DNA from: Alphaproteobacteria bacterium
GTDB taxonomy: Bacteria > Pseudomonadota > Alphaproteobacteria > GCA-2731375
Length of the DNA stretch: 61,522 nucleotides
Assembly (NCBI GenBank): GCA_046582635.1
Contig: JAYGEA010000160.1
Span: forward strand, 1-61,522
Direction of reading: 5' to 3'
Both the position numbers and the translations under genes were made by a program. The first letter of the stretch is position 1, and each line of letters opens with the position of its first letter. Below, one piece after another: positions 17,186 through 26,869 of the stretch. The notes under the pieces were generated by a model, which saw nothing but the letters and a program-made list of their open reading frames with translations, made no database searches and had not been told where the DNA came from.

Positions 17186-19090
17186 TTACCGCTCGCCCCC
17201 GGCATAACCGAGGGCCTGCAAGGCTTCCGTGATGACGTCCAGGATGGCGGGATCGTCGATGGTGGCGGGCATTTTCCATTCTGTGCCGTCGGCGATGGCG
17301 GCCATGGTGCCGCGCAGGATCTTGCCGGAGCGGGTTTTCGGCAGACCAGCGACAACGGTGCAGGTCTTGAAAGCCGCCACGGGGCCGATTTCACCGCGTA
17401 CCTTGGCCACCAGTTCCTGACAAATTGTGCCGTGATCCCGGTCCACGCCGGCCTTTAGCACGACCATGCCCAGGGGCACCTGGCCCTTCAGGCTGTCGGC
17501 CACGCCGACCACGGCGCATTCGGCCACATCCTGGTGTCCGGACAGCACCTCCTCCATGCCGCCGGTCGAGAGGCGGTGGCCGGCGACGTTGATGATGTCG
17601 TCGGTGCGGGACATGATGTAGAGGTATCCGTCCTCGTCCTGATAGCCGGCATCGGCGGTTTTGTAGTAGCCGGGGAATTCTTCCATGTAGGCTTCGATAA
17701 AGCGGTCATCCGCATTCCACAGCGTGGGCAGACAACTTGGCGGCATGGGCAGCTTGATGACGATGGCCCCGGTTTTGCCGCGTGGCACTTCCTTGCAGCT
17801 TTCGTCCACCACGCGGACATCATAGCCCGGCACCGCCTTGGTGGGGGAGCCGTATTTCACCGGCAGGGGCCCCAGGCCCATGCAGTTGGCGGCGATGGCC
17901 CAGCCGGTCTCGGTCTGCCACCAATGATCGATCACCGGTTTTTGTAATTGCTGCTCGGCCCACTGAATGGTGTCCGGGTCGGCCCGTTCGCCGGCCAGGA
18001 ACAGGGTGCGGAACTTGGACAGATCGTATTTCGCCAACAGCACGCCGTCGGGATCTTCCCGGCGGATGGCGCGGAAGGCGGTGGGCGCGGTGAACAAGGC
18101 CACGCACTTATGCTGCTCGATAACCCGCCAGAAGACGCCGGCGTCCGGCGTGCCCACGGGCTTGCCCTCGAACAAAATGGTGGTGGCGCCATGGAACAGC
18201 GGCGCATAGACGATATAGGAATGCCCCACCACCCAGCCCACGTCCGAGGCCGACCACCACACTTCGCCCGGGTCCACGTCATAGACGTTCTTCATGGACC
18301 ATTTCAGGGCCACCAGATGGCCGCCATTGTCCCGCACCACGCCCTTGGGAATACCCGTGGTGCCTGAGGTGTAGAGGATATACAGCGGGTCCGTGGCCAG
18401 CACCGGCACGCAATCAACGGAAGGTGCGGCCGCCATGACCTCGTCCCAGTCATGGTCCCGGCCAGGCATCAGTTCCGCCGTCTCCATTTCCCGCTGCAAA
18501 ATCACGCAGGCGCCGGGCTTGTGGCTGGACATTTCGATGGCGCCGTCCAGCAGGGGTTTGTACGGCACCACGCGGCCCGGCTCCACCCCGCAGGAGGCGG
18601 AGATGATCACCTTGGGCAGGCTGTCGTCGATCCGGGTGGCCAACTCGTTGGCGGCGAAACCGCCGAAGACCACGGAATGCACGGCGCCGATACGGGCGCA
18701 GGCCAGCATGGCGACGGCTGTTTCGGGCACCATGGGCATATAGATGATAACCCGGTCGCCCTTGTCCACGCCCAGGCCGCGCAGCATGCCGGCACAGCGG
18801 GCCACCTGGGCCTGCAGCTCCCGATAGGTGATCGTCCGCATGCTGTTGGTGATGGGGCTGTCGTAGATGATGGCGGCCTGCTCGCCGCGCCCGGCCTCCA
18901 CATGGCGGTCGACGGCATTATAACAGGTATTGGTCTCGGCGCCGGTGAACCAGCGGTAAAACGGCGGCCGGCTGTCGTCCAGCACCTTGTCCCAGGTCTT
19001 GGTCCAATGGATCTCCTGGGCCGCCTCGGCCCAAAACGCCTGGGGGTCACGCTGCCAGGAAGCGTAAGTTTCGTCGTATCCAGCGGCCAT
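17186..19090 (-). CDS. prpE: propionate-CoA ligase-like acyl-CoA synthetase
   Basis: 634 aa. DPQAFWAEAA...DSRPPFYRWFTGAETNTCYNAVDRHV, VVFGGFA, ILYTSGTTGIPKG AMP-binding motif and ASDVGWVVGHSYIVYAPL closely follow the PrpE pattern. Confidence 0.75.
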   Translation of the reverse strand: MAAGYDETYASWQRDPQAFWAEAAQEIHWTKTWDKVLDDSRPPFYRWFTGAETNTCYNAVDRHVEAGRGEQAAIIYDSPITNSMRTITYRELQAQVARCAGMLRGLGVDKGDRVIIYMPMVPETAVAMLACARIGAVHSVVFGGFAANELATRIDDSLPKVIISASCGVEPGRVVPYKPLLDGAIEMSSHKPGACVILQREMETAELMPGRDHDWDEVMAAAPSVDCVPVLATDPLYILYTSGTTGIPKGVVRDNGGHLVALKWSMKNVYDVDPGEVWWSASDVGWVVGHSYIVYAPLFHGATTILFEGKPVGTPDAGVFWRVIEQHKCVALFTAPTAFRAIRREDPDGVLLAKYDLSKFRTLFLAGERADPDTIQWAEQQLQKPVIDHWWQTETGWAIAANCMGLGPLPVKYGSPTKAVPGYDVRVVDESCKEVPRGKTGAIVIKLPMPPSCLPTLWNADDRFIEAYMEEFPGYYKTADAGYQDEDGYLYIMSRTDDIINVAGHRLSTGGMEEVLSGHQDVAECAVVGVADSLKGQVPLGMVVLKAGVDRDHGTICQELVAKVRGEIGPVAAFKTCTVVAGLPKTRSGKILRGTMAAIADGTEWKMPATIDDPAILDVITEALQALGYAGGER

Positions 19091-19136
19091 GATCAGTTCC
19101 TTTTCCGCGTATCGTTATCCACACGTTAGCAATTAT

Positions 19137-19604
19137 TCAGACTTTGTACACGGGGGGCAGCGCGTCCGAAAGATCGTATTCATCCAACCCCCTGGGCGCC
19201 TTCATGACCGCGTTGGCGCGCAGGGACAATTCCCCGTCCGCGTACAGCCGCCCCTCCATGAAAACAAGGCTGCGGGTTGCCTTCACCACATCGCCATGGG
19301 TCTCGACCCACTGCCCCTGTTGCACGGGCGCGAGAAAATCGGATGTCATATTGACCGTGACCATGAAACCGGGGCGCCCGGTCTGTATATTGGCGTTGAA
19401 GCCCAAATTGATATCCATCAGCGTAAACAGCATGCCGCCATGGCACATCCGCGCCGCGTTGACGTGTTTCTCGCCGCAGCGGAAGCCGAACACCACTTTG
19501 TCGCCCCGGTTTTGCAGAAACAGCGGCCCGATGGTGCCGTAATAGAATAGGTCCGGCTCCCAGGGGTGAAAGCCGGCGGGGGGATTGTACGCTTCAAAGG
19601 ACAT
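19137..19604 (-). CDS. PaaI-family (hotdog fold) thioesterase
   Basis: 155 aa. CHGGMLFTLMDINLG and the late FMEGRLYADGEL strand are typical of PaaI/4HBT-type thioesterases. Confidence 0.7.
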   Translation of the reverse strand: MSFEAYNPPAGFHPWEPDLFYYGTIGPLFLQNRGDKVVFGFRCGEKHVNAARMCHGGMLFTLMDINLGFNANIQTGRPGFMVTVNMTSDFLAPVQQGQWVETHGDVVKATRSLVFMEGRLYADGELSLRANAVMKAPRGLDEYDLSDALPPVYKV

Positions 19605-19686
19605 AAAGAACCCAGATTACAGAACTTAGATGCAGGCGGCCCCGACCGTGCTTCCGGCCGGGGCCCTGTCAGGTCTTATATTGCAC

Positions 19687-20673
19687 TCAGCAGCCCGAGG
19701 TACAGACCCCGGCGCCATTAAAGGACATGGTTTTCCCACTCAGCGGGATATGTACCGGTACCTTGACCGCCTTTTGAAAGATTGCCGTGCGCGTGCCGGC
19801 CCTGACCTTGCCGCCCTTGGTGGCCGGTTCGTTGGCGTGCGAGGGAATGACCGATGCCGGCTTGATCATTTCATTGATCACGAAGGCGGCCTCTTTCGGC
19901 CCCGTGGTGTAGGTATCGCCGATATTCATGACCACCAGCCTGGCTTTGTAAAAGCCGCCCACCACGCGCTCCTACTCCGACGTCATGCCGGTATCGCCGG
20001 AAAGATAGGCGACCAGACCATTGGTGAAGCGCAAGATATAGCCGGTGGCCTGGCCAACATAGCCGCCGATGCCCGCCGCCTTCATGGCCTTGCCCAGATC
20101 GCCGCCGATCATCTTGGGGTGCGGGCCATTACTGTGCAGGGCGGGCACGGTTGAGATCTTCACGCCGCCGATCATCTTGGTGGCGCCGAAGCGGGCCAGG
20201 ATGGAATTTTTCGGATTGCCGCCCATGGCTTTCAGCTTGGCGGCGAAAAACGGCGGCATTTCGCTGCCCGTGACGATCTTGGCGCCCTTGGCGAAGGCGA
20301 TCCTGACCGCGTTGGTTTCGGGCAGCGCATCCACGGACATCTCTGGCTTGGTGCAAAGAGAGGCATTGGGCGCCTTGGTATGGCGGCCGCCCACATGATC
20401 GAAATGCATATGAGAGATCAAGACCGCATCAATTTTGCCCAATCTGGGATCTTGCGCCCCGGCGACGGTAAAACCGGGATCATAAAGCAGGCGGGTGCCG
20501 TCGGGATCTTCAAACACCATGGCACGGTCCAGGATGCAAAACTCCCCATCCACGACGCCCAGGGGCGTGATTTTGACATCCGCCGCCGATGCTGCTTGGG
20601 TCGCGGCCTGAAATGTGACGGCGGCCGCGATAGTCGCCCCCATGGCGGCCAGAATGATTGCTACGCGTTTCAT
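19687..20673 (-). pseudogene. secreted MBL-fold metallo-hydrolase interrupted by an in-frame TAG at 19972-19974
   Basis: Start at ATG 20673 after GGGAGGG. Signal peptide MKRVAIILAAMGATIAAAVTFQAATQAASA and HMHFDHVGG (HxHxDH). ORFs 19972..20730 and 19687..19965 are in the same frame and read ...YLSGDTGMTSE-TAG-ERVVGGFYKARLVVMNIGDTYTTGP...VIPSHANE, one continuous domain. Confidence 0.7.
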
Positions 20674-20815
20674 GAGTTTCCCTCCCTGTTTGAATTTATT
20701 TATGCTAGCCCGGATCTTTCCGTCAGCCATGGATATTCATGTGCGCGAGCATGACATTTTCGTGTGTGGATCGGTAATTTCAAGGCATTATCACGCCGGT
20801 CACAAAAGGTTTTCC

Positions 20816-22132
20816 ATGCCAGCATTCGTAACGTCAGTAACCTTGGGCGGCGCCTACCGGTTTTTCGTGCCGCTTATCCTGATGACCGAGCTCAACATGA
20901 TCTCGAAATCGGTCATTAATGCGGCCCTGGCCCGTTCGCCGGACCAGAACATTACGCTGGCCGCCTTTCATGTCGCCTTCACGCTATATTTTGCCCTGGC
21001 CTCCAGCACCGAGGTCTGCTCCCTCATCACCCTTGGCTATTTGAAAAGCAAACGGGCCTTGTGGCCCCTGCTCCGGTTCATGGTGGTGATCGTGGCGGTG
21101 CCCTGGGTGGCGGCGCAGTTTCTGGCCTTTTCGGCCCTGGGCGATTGGGCCTATGGCGGGATGTTCGGGGCCTCGGCGGCGGTGGTGTCGCAGGCCAAAT
21201 CGGCCACCTTCCTGCTATCACTCAGCGCGCCGGTACTGGTTATCCGCTCCATCTGTTTCGGCCTGATCCTGATGCACCAGCGGACCATCTTCATCACCTA
21301 TGCCACTTGTGTGCGCCTGGCCTCCCTGGCGGTATCATTGTTCGTGCTGCCGGACTATTTCGAGGGCGCGGCGATCGGTGCGGCCGCCCTGGTGATCTGC
21401 ATGACAATCGAGACCGTGGTGGCGGTGATCTTCGCGCAAAAACTATATCGCAACCTGCCCGACGTGGGTGTGGACCCGCCGCCGAGCATCAGGCGGCAGT
21501 GGCGCTTCGCCTGGCCCTTGATGATGAATACCTCGTCCGAGATGGGCGTGGTGACGGTGATTTCGATCTTTCTCGGCATGCTGGCCAACCCGGACCTGGC
21601 CCTGGCCGCGTTCAATATCGTCTATGGCCTGGTCAGCATGATGATGAGCCCCATGCGCAATTTGTTGCAAACGGCGCAGACCCTGGTCAAAACCATTGCC
21701 GACCGGCGGCCGCTGTTCATCTTCGCCCTGCATCTGATCGGGTTCTTCGGTTTGCTTGGCTTCGTGCTGTTCCACACCCCGGCCGAGGCGTTTGTTCTGG
21801 AGGAGGCCATGGGTTTGCGGGCCGAATTGAAAACCTATTGCCTGCCGGCCTTGAAGCTGGCCTTTCTCATGGCGGCGGCCTGGGCCTATTCGGCGCTGTT
21901 TCGCGGCCTGTTGGCGGGCGCCCAGAACACCACCATGCTGGCGGTCAGCGGCCTCTCCCGTATCGCCGTCGCGACCCTTGTGGCCAGCCTCGGTTTCGTC
22001 CTGGCCGGGAGCAATGGCGCGGTCAATGGTGCGGTCTTGGGCATCATCGGCTGGATCGCCGGCTATGGTTTGGAGGCTGTCTTGCTGGCCCTGCAGCTTC
22101 GGCGGTTGGATCGGCGGCTGAAACAGGTGTGA
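20816..22132 (+). CDS. multi-pass membrane protein, MATE/MOP-flippase-like; function unknown
   Basis: Start moved to ATG 20816 (MPAFVTS...) to clear the divergent MBL gene. About 438 aa and about 12 hydrophobic segments. No catalytic motif recognised. Confidence 0.5.
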   Translation: MPAFVTSVTLGGAYRFFVPLILMTELNMISKSVINAALARSPDQNITLAAFHVAFTLYFALASSTEVCSLITLGYLKSKRALWPLLRFMVVIVAVPWVAAQFLAFSALGDWAYGGMFGASAAVVSQAKSATFLLSLSAPVLVIRSICFGLILMHQRTIFITYATCVRLASLAVSLFVLPDYFEGAAIGAAALVICMTIETVVAVIFAQKLYRNLPDVGVDPPPSIRRQWRFAWPLMMNTSSEMGVVTVISIFLGMLANPDLALAAFNIVYGLVSMMMSPMRNLLQTAQTLVKTIADRRPLFIFALHLIGFFGLLGFVLFHTPAEAFVLEEAMGLRAELKTYCLPALKLAFLMAAAWAYSALFRGLLAGAQNTTMLAVSGLSRIAVATLVASLGFVLAGSNGAVNGAVLGIIGWIAGYGLEAVLLALQLRRLDRRLKQV

Positions 22133-22244
22133 CGCCGAAAGCGCATTGGACACTGGACGTGGACGCCAGGGCGGTGTATGTCTCCGCCGCGCGCCGAATA
22201 AAAACACGCGGGCAACCCCATAATTTTAAGATCGCGAGCAAGCC

Positions 22245-24080
22245 ATGCCGTTGCGTAATATTGCCATCATTGCCCATGTTGATCACGGCAAGACCACCCT
22301 GGTCGATGCCATGTTCCGCCAGTCGGGTACCTTCCGCGCCAACCAAAAGGTGGCCGAGCGGGCCATGGATTCCAATGAACTGGAGAAAGAGCGCGGCATC
22401 ACCATTTTGTCCAAGTGCACCTCCGTCGAATGGCAAGGCACGCGGGTCAACATCGTCGACACCCCGGGCCATGCGGATTTCGGCGGCGAGGTGGAGCGGA
22501 TCCTGAAAATGGTCGACGGCGTGCTGCTGCTGGTGGACGCGGCCGAAGGTCCCATGCCGCAAACCAAGTTTGTTACCGGCAAGGCGCTGGCCCTGGGTCT
22601 GTGCCCCATCGTGGTCATCAACAAGATCGACCGTGGCGATGCCCGGCCCGACGAGGTGCTGGACGAGGTGTTTGATCTGTTCACCGCGCTGGAGGCCAAT
22701 GAAGATCAGCTCGACTTCCCCTATCTTTACGCGGTGGGCCGCGACGGCTGGGCCAGCGACGATCCGGATCTAAGTGCCGGGGCGAACGGCGGCAACCTGG
22801 ACCCGTTGTTTGAATTACTGCTGCGCCACGTGGGCGCTCCGGACGTGGATGCGGATGCGCCGTTCTCCATGATCGCCACGCTGTTGGACGCCGACCCCTA
22901 TTTGGGCCGGGTTCTGACCGGACGGGTGCAATCGGGGCGTCTGGCCCATAATGATACCATCCACGCCCTGCGCGATGACGGCAGCGTGGTGGAATCCGCG
23001 CGGGTGACCAAGCTTCTGGCCTTTCGCGGCCTGGACCGGGTGCCGGTGGACGAGGTTTCGGCCGGCGACATTATCGCCATTGCCGGTTTGCGGACGGCAA
23101 CCGTGGCCGACACCATCGCCGACCCGGCGGTCACCGTGCCCATTGTGGCGCCCCCGATCGATCCACCGACGCTCGCCATGCGTTTTGCCATCAATGACTC
23201 GCCGCTGGCGGGCCGTGATGGCTCGAAAGTGCAAAGCCGGGTGATCCGCGAACGTTTGCTGGCGGAGGCCGAGGGCAATGTGGCCATCAAGATATCCGAG
23301 ACCGGCGAAAAAGACGCTTTCGAAGTGGCGGGACGGGGCGAATTGCAGCTTGGCGTGCTGATCGAGACCATGCGCCGGGAAGGCTTCGAGTTGACCATCG
23401 GCCGCCCCCGGGTGCTGTATCGCAGCGATCCGACCACCGGCCAACGCCAAGAACCCATCGAAGAGGTTTCCATCGACGTGGATGACGAATTCACCGGCGT
23501 CGTGGTGGAAAAGATGGCCGAACGCAAGGGCGAGATGACCGACATGCGCCCCTTTGGTATCGGCCGGACGCGGATTACCTTCCTCGCACCCTCGCGCGGC
23601 CTGATCGGTTACCACGGTGAATTCCTCACCGATACCCGGGGTACCGGCATCATGCACCGCCTGTATCACAGCTATGCGCCCTACAAAGGCCCGATCCGGG
23701 GACGCCGTAACGGCGCCATCGTCGCCAACCAGGGCGGCTCCTCGGTGCCGTTTGCCCTGTGGCACCTGGAAGAACGCGGCGTATTGTTTATTGGCGGCGG
23801 CGAACAGGTCTATGCAGGCATGGTGATCGGTGAAAACGCCAAACCCTCGGATATGGAAGTAAACCCCATGAAGGCCAAACAGCTGACCAATATTCGCGCC
23901 TCCGGCAAGGATGACGCCGTCCGCCTGACCACGCCGCGGCGGATGACCCTGGAACAGGCCATCGCCTACATCGGTGACGACGAGGTGGTCGAGGTCACCC
24001 CCAACCACGTCCGCCTGCGCAAGGCGACGCTGGATCCCCACCAACGCAAACGGGAACGCCGGGCAGCCATGGCGGGGTAG
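22245..24080 (+). CDS. typA: translational GTPase TypA/BipA
   Basis: 611 aa. [35 protein letters not shown]. Confidence 0.95.
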   Translation: MPLRNIAIIAHVDHGKTTLVDAMFRQSGTFRANQKVAERAMDSNELEKERGITILSKCTSVEWQGTRVNIVDTPGHADFGGEVERILKMVDGVLLLVDAAEGPMPQTKFVTGKALALGLCPIVVINKIDRGDARPDEVLDEVFDLFTALEANEDQLDFPYLYAVGRDGWASDDPDLSAGANGGNLDPLFELLLRHVGAPDVDADAPFSMIATLLDADPYLGRVLTGRVQSGRLAHNDTIHALRDDGSVVESARVTKLLAFRGLDRVPVDEVSAGDIIAIAGLRTATVADTIADPAVTVPIVAPPIDPPTLAMRFAINDSPLAGRDGSKVQSRVIRERLLAEAEGNVAIKISETGEKDAFEVAGRGELQLGVLIETMRREGFELTIGRPRVLYRSDPTTGQRQEPIEEVSIDVDDEFTGVVVEKMAERKGEMTDMRPFGIGRTRITFLAPSRGLIGYHGEFLTDTRGTGIMHRLYHSYAPYKGPIRGRRNGAIVANQGGSSVPFALWHLEERGVLFIGGGEQVYAGMVIGENAKPSDMEVNPMKAKQLTNIRASGKDDAVRLTTPRRMTLEQAIAYIGDDEVVEVTPNHVRLRKATLDPHQRKRERRAAMAG

Positions 24081-24175
24081 TGCCGCAATCCCGTTTAGTG
24101 CAAGATACCGGGATCAACTTCGCGGACGCCGCATGGCGCCGGCTGCTGAACCATAACTTGTAGAGGCCGCCAACC

Positions 24176-25171
24176 TTGTCAACGATCCCCCTGACTCTGG
24201 ATGAAATCGAACGGTTAAGCCGGGAGGTGTTGTCCTCCAACGGCTGTGACGAGCTGAACACCGATGCCCTGGTGCGTACAATTGTCACCGCCGAGAGGGA
24301 TGGCTCGGTCTCTCACGGTTTGTTCCGCCTGCCAGGGTATATCGCTTCACTGAGAAGCGGAAAAGTGAATGGCGGGGCCAGGCCGCGTATCAGCAATGAC
24401 CTGCCGGCGGTCATAAAAGTCGATGGCGACAACGGTTATGCCCCGGCGGCCATCGAAGCGGGCGTGCCTGTTTTGGCGGCGGCGGCGAAAACCCTGGGCA
24501 TCGCGGTGATGACCATTACCAATTCCTATCACTTCGCGGCACTCTGGCCGGAGGTGGAGGCATTGGCGGGGGAAGGCTTGATTAGTCTGGCCTGCGTGAC
24601 GACCAAACCGTTTGTGACGCCGGCGGGTGGCGCGGAGGCATTGTTCGGCACCAACCCGCTTGCCTTTGCCTGGCCGCGGCCGGGCAAGATGCCCATGGTG
24701 ATCGACATGGCGACGGCGGCCATGGCCCATGGCGAAATCCAGTTGGCGGCCCGCGAAGGCGAAGTGGTGCCGCCGGGCACGGGCCTTGATGAAAATGGCG
24801 CGGCAACGACGGACCCAGGCGAAATCATCAAGGGCGTGCTGTTGCCCTTCGGCGGCTATAAGGGATCGGCGATTGCCCTGATGGTGGAGTTGTTGGCGGC
24901 GGGTGCCGTGGGCGATTGTTTCAGTTTCGAGTCCGTGGCGGCGGATAATGGTGACGGCGGTCCGACAATTGGCGGTGAATTCATGTTTGCGATGGCGCCG
25001 GAGCTGGTCGCCGGCCCCGACTGGGCCGATCATTGCGAAGCTTTCTTCCAACGTTACGATGCCATCGAAGGCATCCGCCTGCCCGGCCTGCGCCGTCATA
25101 CAAACCGGCTATCAACGGCACCCCGGCAGATCAACGCGGAATTGGTCGGGCGCATAAAAGACCTGCGCTGA
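24176..25171 (+). CDS. Ldh2-family (malate/L-lactate dehydrogenase type 2) oxidoreductase, DpkA-like imine reductase
   Basis: 331 aa, TTG start. GSVSHGLFRLPGY, LFGTNPLAFAWP, PFGGYKGSAIALMVELL. Confidence 0.8.
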   Translation: MSTIPLTLDEIERLSREVLSSNGCDELNTDALVRTIVTAERDGSVSHGLFRLPGYIASLRSGKVNGGARPRISNDLPAVIKVDGDNGYAPAAIEAGVPVLAAAAKTLGIAVMTITNSYHFAALWPEVEALAGEGLISLACVTTKPFVTPAGGAEALFGTNPLAFAWPRPGKMPMVIDMATAAMAHGEIQLAAREGEVVPPGTGLDENGAATTDPGEIIKGVLLPFGGYKGSAIALMVELLAAGAVGDCFSFESVAADNGDGGPTIGGEFMFAMAPELVAGPDWADHCEAFFQRYDAIEGIRLPGLRRHTNRLSTAPRQINAELVGRIKDLR

Positions 25172-25235
25172 TAGCAACTCCGCCCCGCCATGACCTGAAC
25201 GGCCGGATGAAACACCGCACAATCATCTCGGGGCC

Positions 25236-25441
25236 CTGGATTGCCGCAGAGCAGTGGGTCAAGCCCGGCAATGACGAAAGAGCTGAAAAAATTAGCTAAA
25301 ATCTGCCAATCCGTCATGCCCGGACGAGATCCGGGCATCCAGGGAAGCACGCCTGAACGGCTATTGTTCGCGCTGTCGTACGATCCATCGCGCCGTCCCG
25401 TAATTAAACCGGACAGCAGTGGACGAGATCCGGCGATCCAG
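25236..25441. repeat. cluster of three REP-like palindromic units (two inverted, one direct)
   Basis: Unit A is 25236-25276 (ctggattgccg...gggtcaagcccggcaatgacg). Unit B is 25312-25342 (cgtcatgcccggacgagatccgggcatccag), an inverted copy of the same family containing a perfect 9-bp/5-nt hairpin at 25316-25338. Unit C is 25421-25441 (ggacgagatccggcgatccag). All lie in a 287-bp non-coding gap. Confidence 0.55.
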
Positions 25442-25458
25442 ATCCGCCCGGCGGCTCT

Positions 25459-25896
25459 CTATTCGTCAATAAATGGGATCGCTTCGGATTCCAGAAATTC
25501 CGCCGCGATCCCTCTGATAGCTTGATCCCTGAAGGCAAACCAATCATCTCTGACGCCGAGTTCAGCCACACGGTCCTTGAAGTACCGAAAGGCGCCCCGC
25601 CCGCCGAGGGCCCGCATCAGGCTGTCCCGAGCCGGCTCGTCCTCAAGCGACTTGGCAAAACGTTCCATGATCGCATATTCATGGATCTCGTACTGGTCGG
25701 GCAGGGCAATGAAATCATCGTCATCTTCCACCCTTTGCCGCAGCTCGTCTTCGTCGTCGTCCTGATCGCCATATGATATGTCATCTTCTATGAGCGCGGC
25801 CAGCTCGCCGGTCTTGCGATGTATGTAGACCGTCATGAAATCACTAACCATTTCCAGTTGGTCGGCGACGGCACTCAATTTCACCGGTAGCGCCAT
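25459..25896 (-). CDS. UPF0158-like acidic hypothetical protein
   Basis: 145 aa and very acidic (DQDDDEDELRQRVEDDDDF). YIHRKTGEL...ALPDQYEIHEY...FAKSL pattern resembles UPF0158. Assignment from memory of the family only. Confidence 0.5.
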   Translation of the reverse strand: MALPVKLSAVADQLEMVSDFMTVYIHRKTGELAALIEDDISYGDQDDDEDELRQRVEDDDDFIALPDQYEIHEYAIMERFAKSLEDEPARDSLMRALGGRGAFRYFKDRVAELGVRDDWFAFRDQAIRGIAAEFLESEAIPFIDE

Positions 25897-25910
25897 GGCT
25901 CAAACCCCCT

Positions 25911-26819
25911 CTAAGCCCGCATCCAGCCGGGGCCCCACAGATTGAGGGAGCGTTCGGAATGGGGCCATTGCCTGGTCGGGGCGCCGTCTTCCATGTTTTC
26001 CAATTCGGCCGAGATTTCCACCTTGTAGCCGTCCGGGTCCTCGACCATGAAGAACAGGTTATTGCCGGGACCGTGGCGGCCGGGACCCCACCACAGATTG
26101 ATGTACAGACCGGACATATGATCGGCCCAATCGCGGATATCGTTCCAGCACGAGACTTCGTAGGCATGATGATCCGGGCGCGCCACGTCCGATAGGAACA
26201 TGGCAAAGGAATGATGCTCGGGCGTGGAGCGGTAAAAGATCGCCGTCAGGGTTTGGCTGCCGTCCTCTTCATCGCGCAGAACATGGTCCGTGGCGACGAA
26301 ACCAAGGGTGTTTTCATAAAAATCCACCATGGGCGCCAAATCGGCGGTGGCAACGACCACGTGTTGCAAACGGCCGGGCGGGTGGCCTTCGGGGCTATCA
26401 TCGTTTGAATGGTGTATTGGATTGGGCAAGCCGAAGACCATTTGCCGGCCGTCGGGGTCGGCCACGGCAAAGGCACCTTGGCCAAACAGGGGCGTGGGCG
26501 AGGGCATCAGGTTGACGCCTTGAGCCGTCAGGTGGCTTTTGAAGGCCGCCAACCGTGCCGCGTCGGGAAAGCGGAAGGCACTATAAGGTTGGCCGACCCC
26601 GCTGTCGCCAATGCTCCCGGCGCCACCGATGATCAGGCGCCGCTCGCGGCCGCGCAGTAGTTTCGTGCCGTCGTCCAGAGCCTGTTCGGCCATGGCGAAA
26701 GCATCCCGGTAAAAGGCGGCTGATCGATCCGGATTAGCTGAATTCAGACGAATATGGTCCAATTCCGCGCCCCACAAGGGGGTGGTATTCGGGCTGTTGT
26801 CCGGGTTGTTGGTGGTCAT
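25911..26819 (-). CDS. two-domain VOC (glyoxalase/extradiol dioxygenase) family protein
   Basis: 302 aa with two tandem VOC modules (LDHIRLNSANPDRSAAFY... and RLQHVVVATADLAPMVDFY...). Size matches catechol 2,3-dioxygenase-like enzymes. Confidence 0.7.
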   Translation of the reverse strand: MTTNNPDNSPNTTPLWGAELDHIRLNSANPDRSAAFYRDAFAMAEQALDDGTKLLRGRERRLIIGGAGSIGDSGVGQPYSAFRFPDAARLAAFKSHLTAQGVNLMPSPTPLFGQGAFAVADPDGRQMVFGLPNPIHHSNDDSPEGHPPGRLQHVVVATADLAPMVDFYENTLGFVATDHVLRDEEDGSQTLTAIFYRSTPEHHSFAMFLSDVARPDHHAYEVSCWNDIRDWADHMSGLYINLWWGPGRHGPGNNLFFMVEDPDGYKVEISAELENMEDGAPTRQWPHSERSLNLWGPGWMRA

Positions 26820-26869
26820 GGCGAACGCTCCCTGTTCCGTGCGGGCAAACTAGCACACACCAGCAATTC

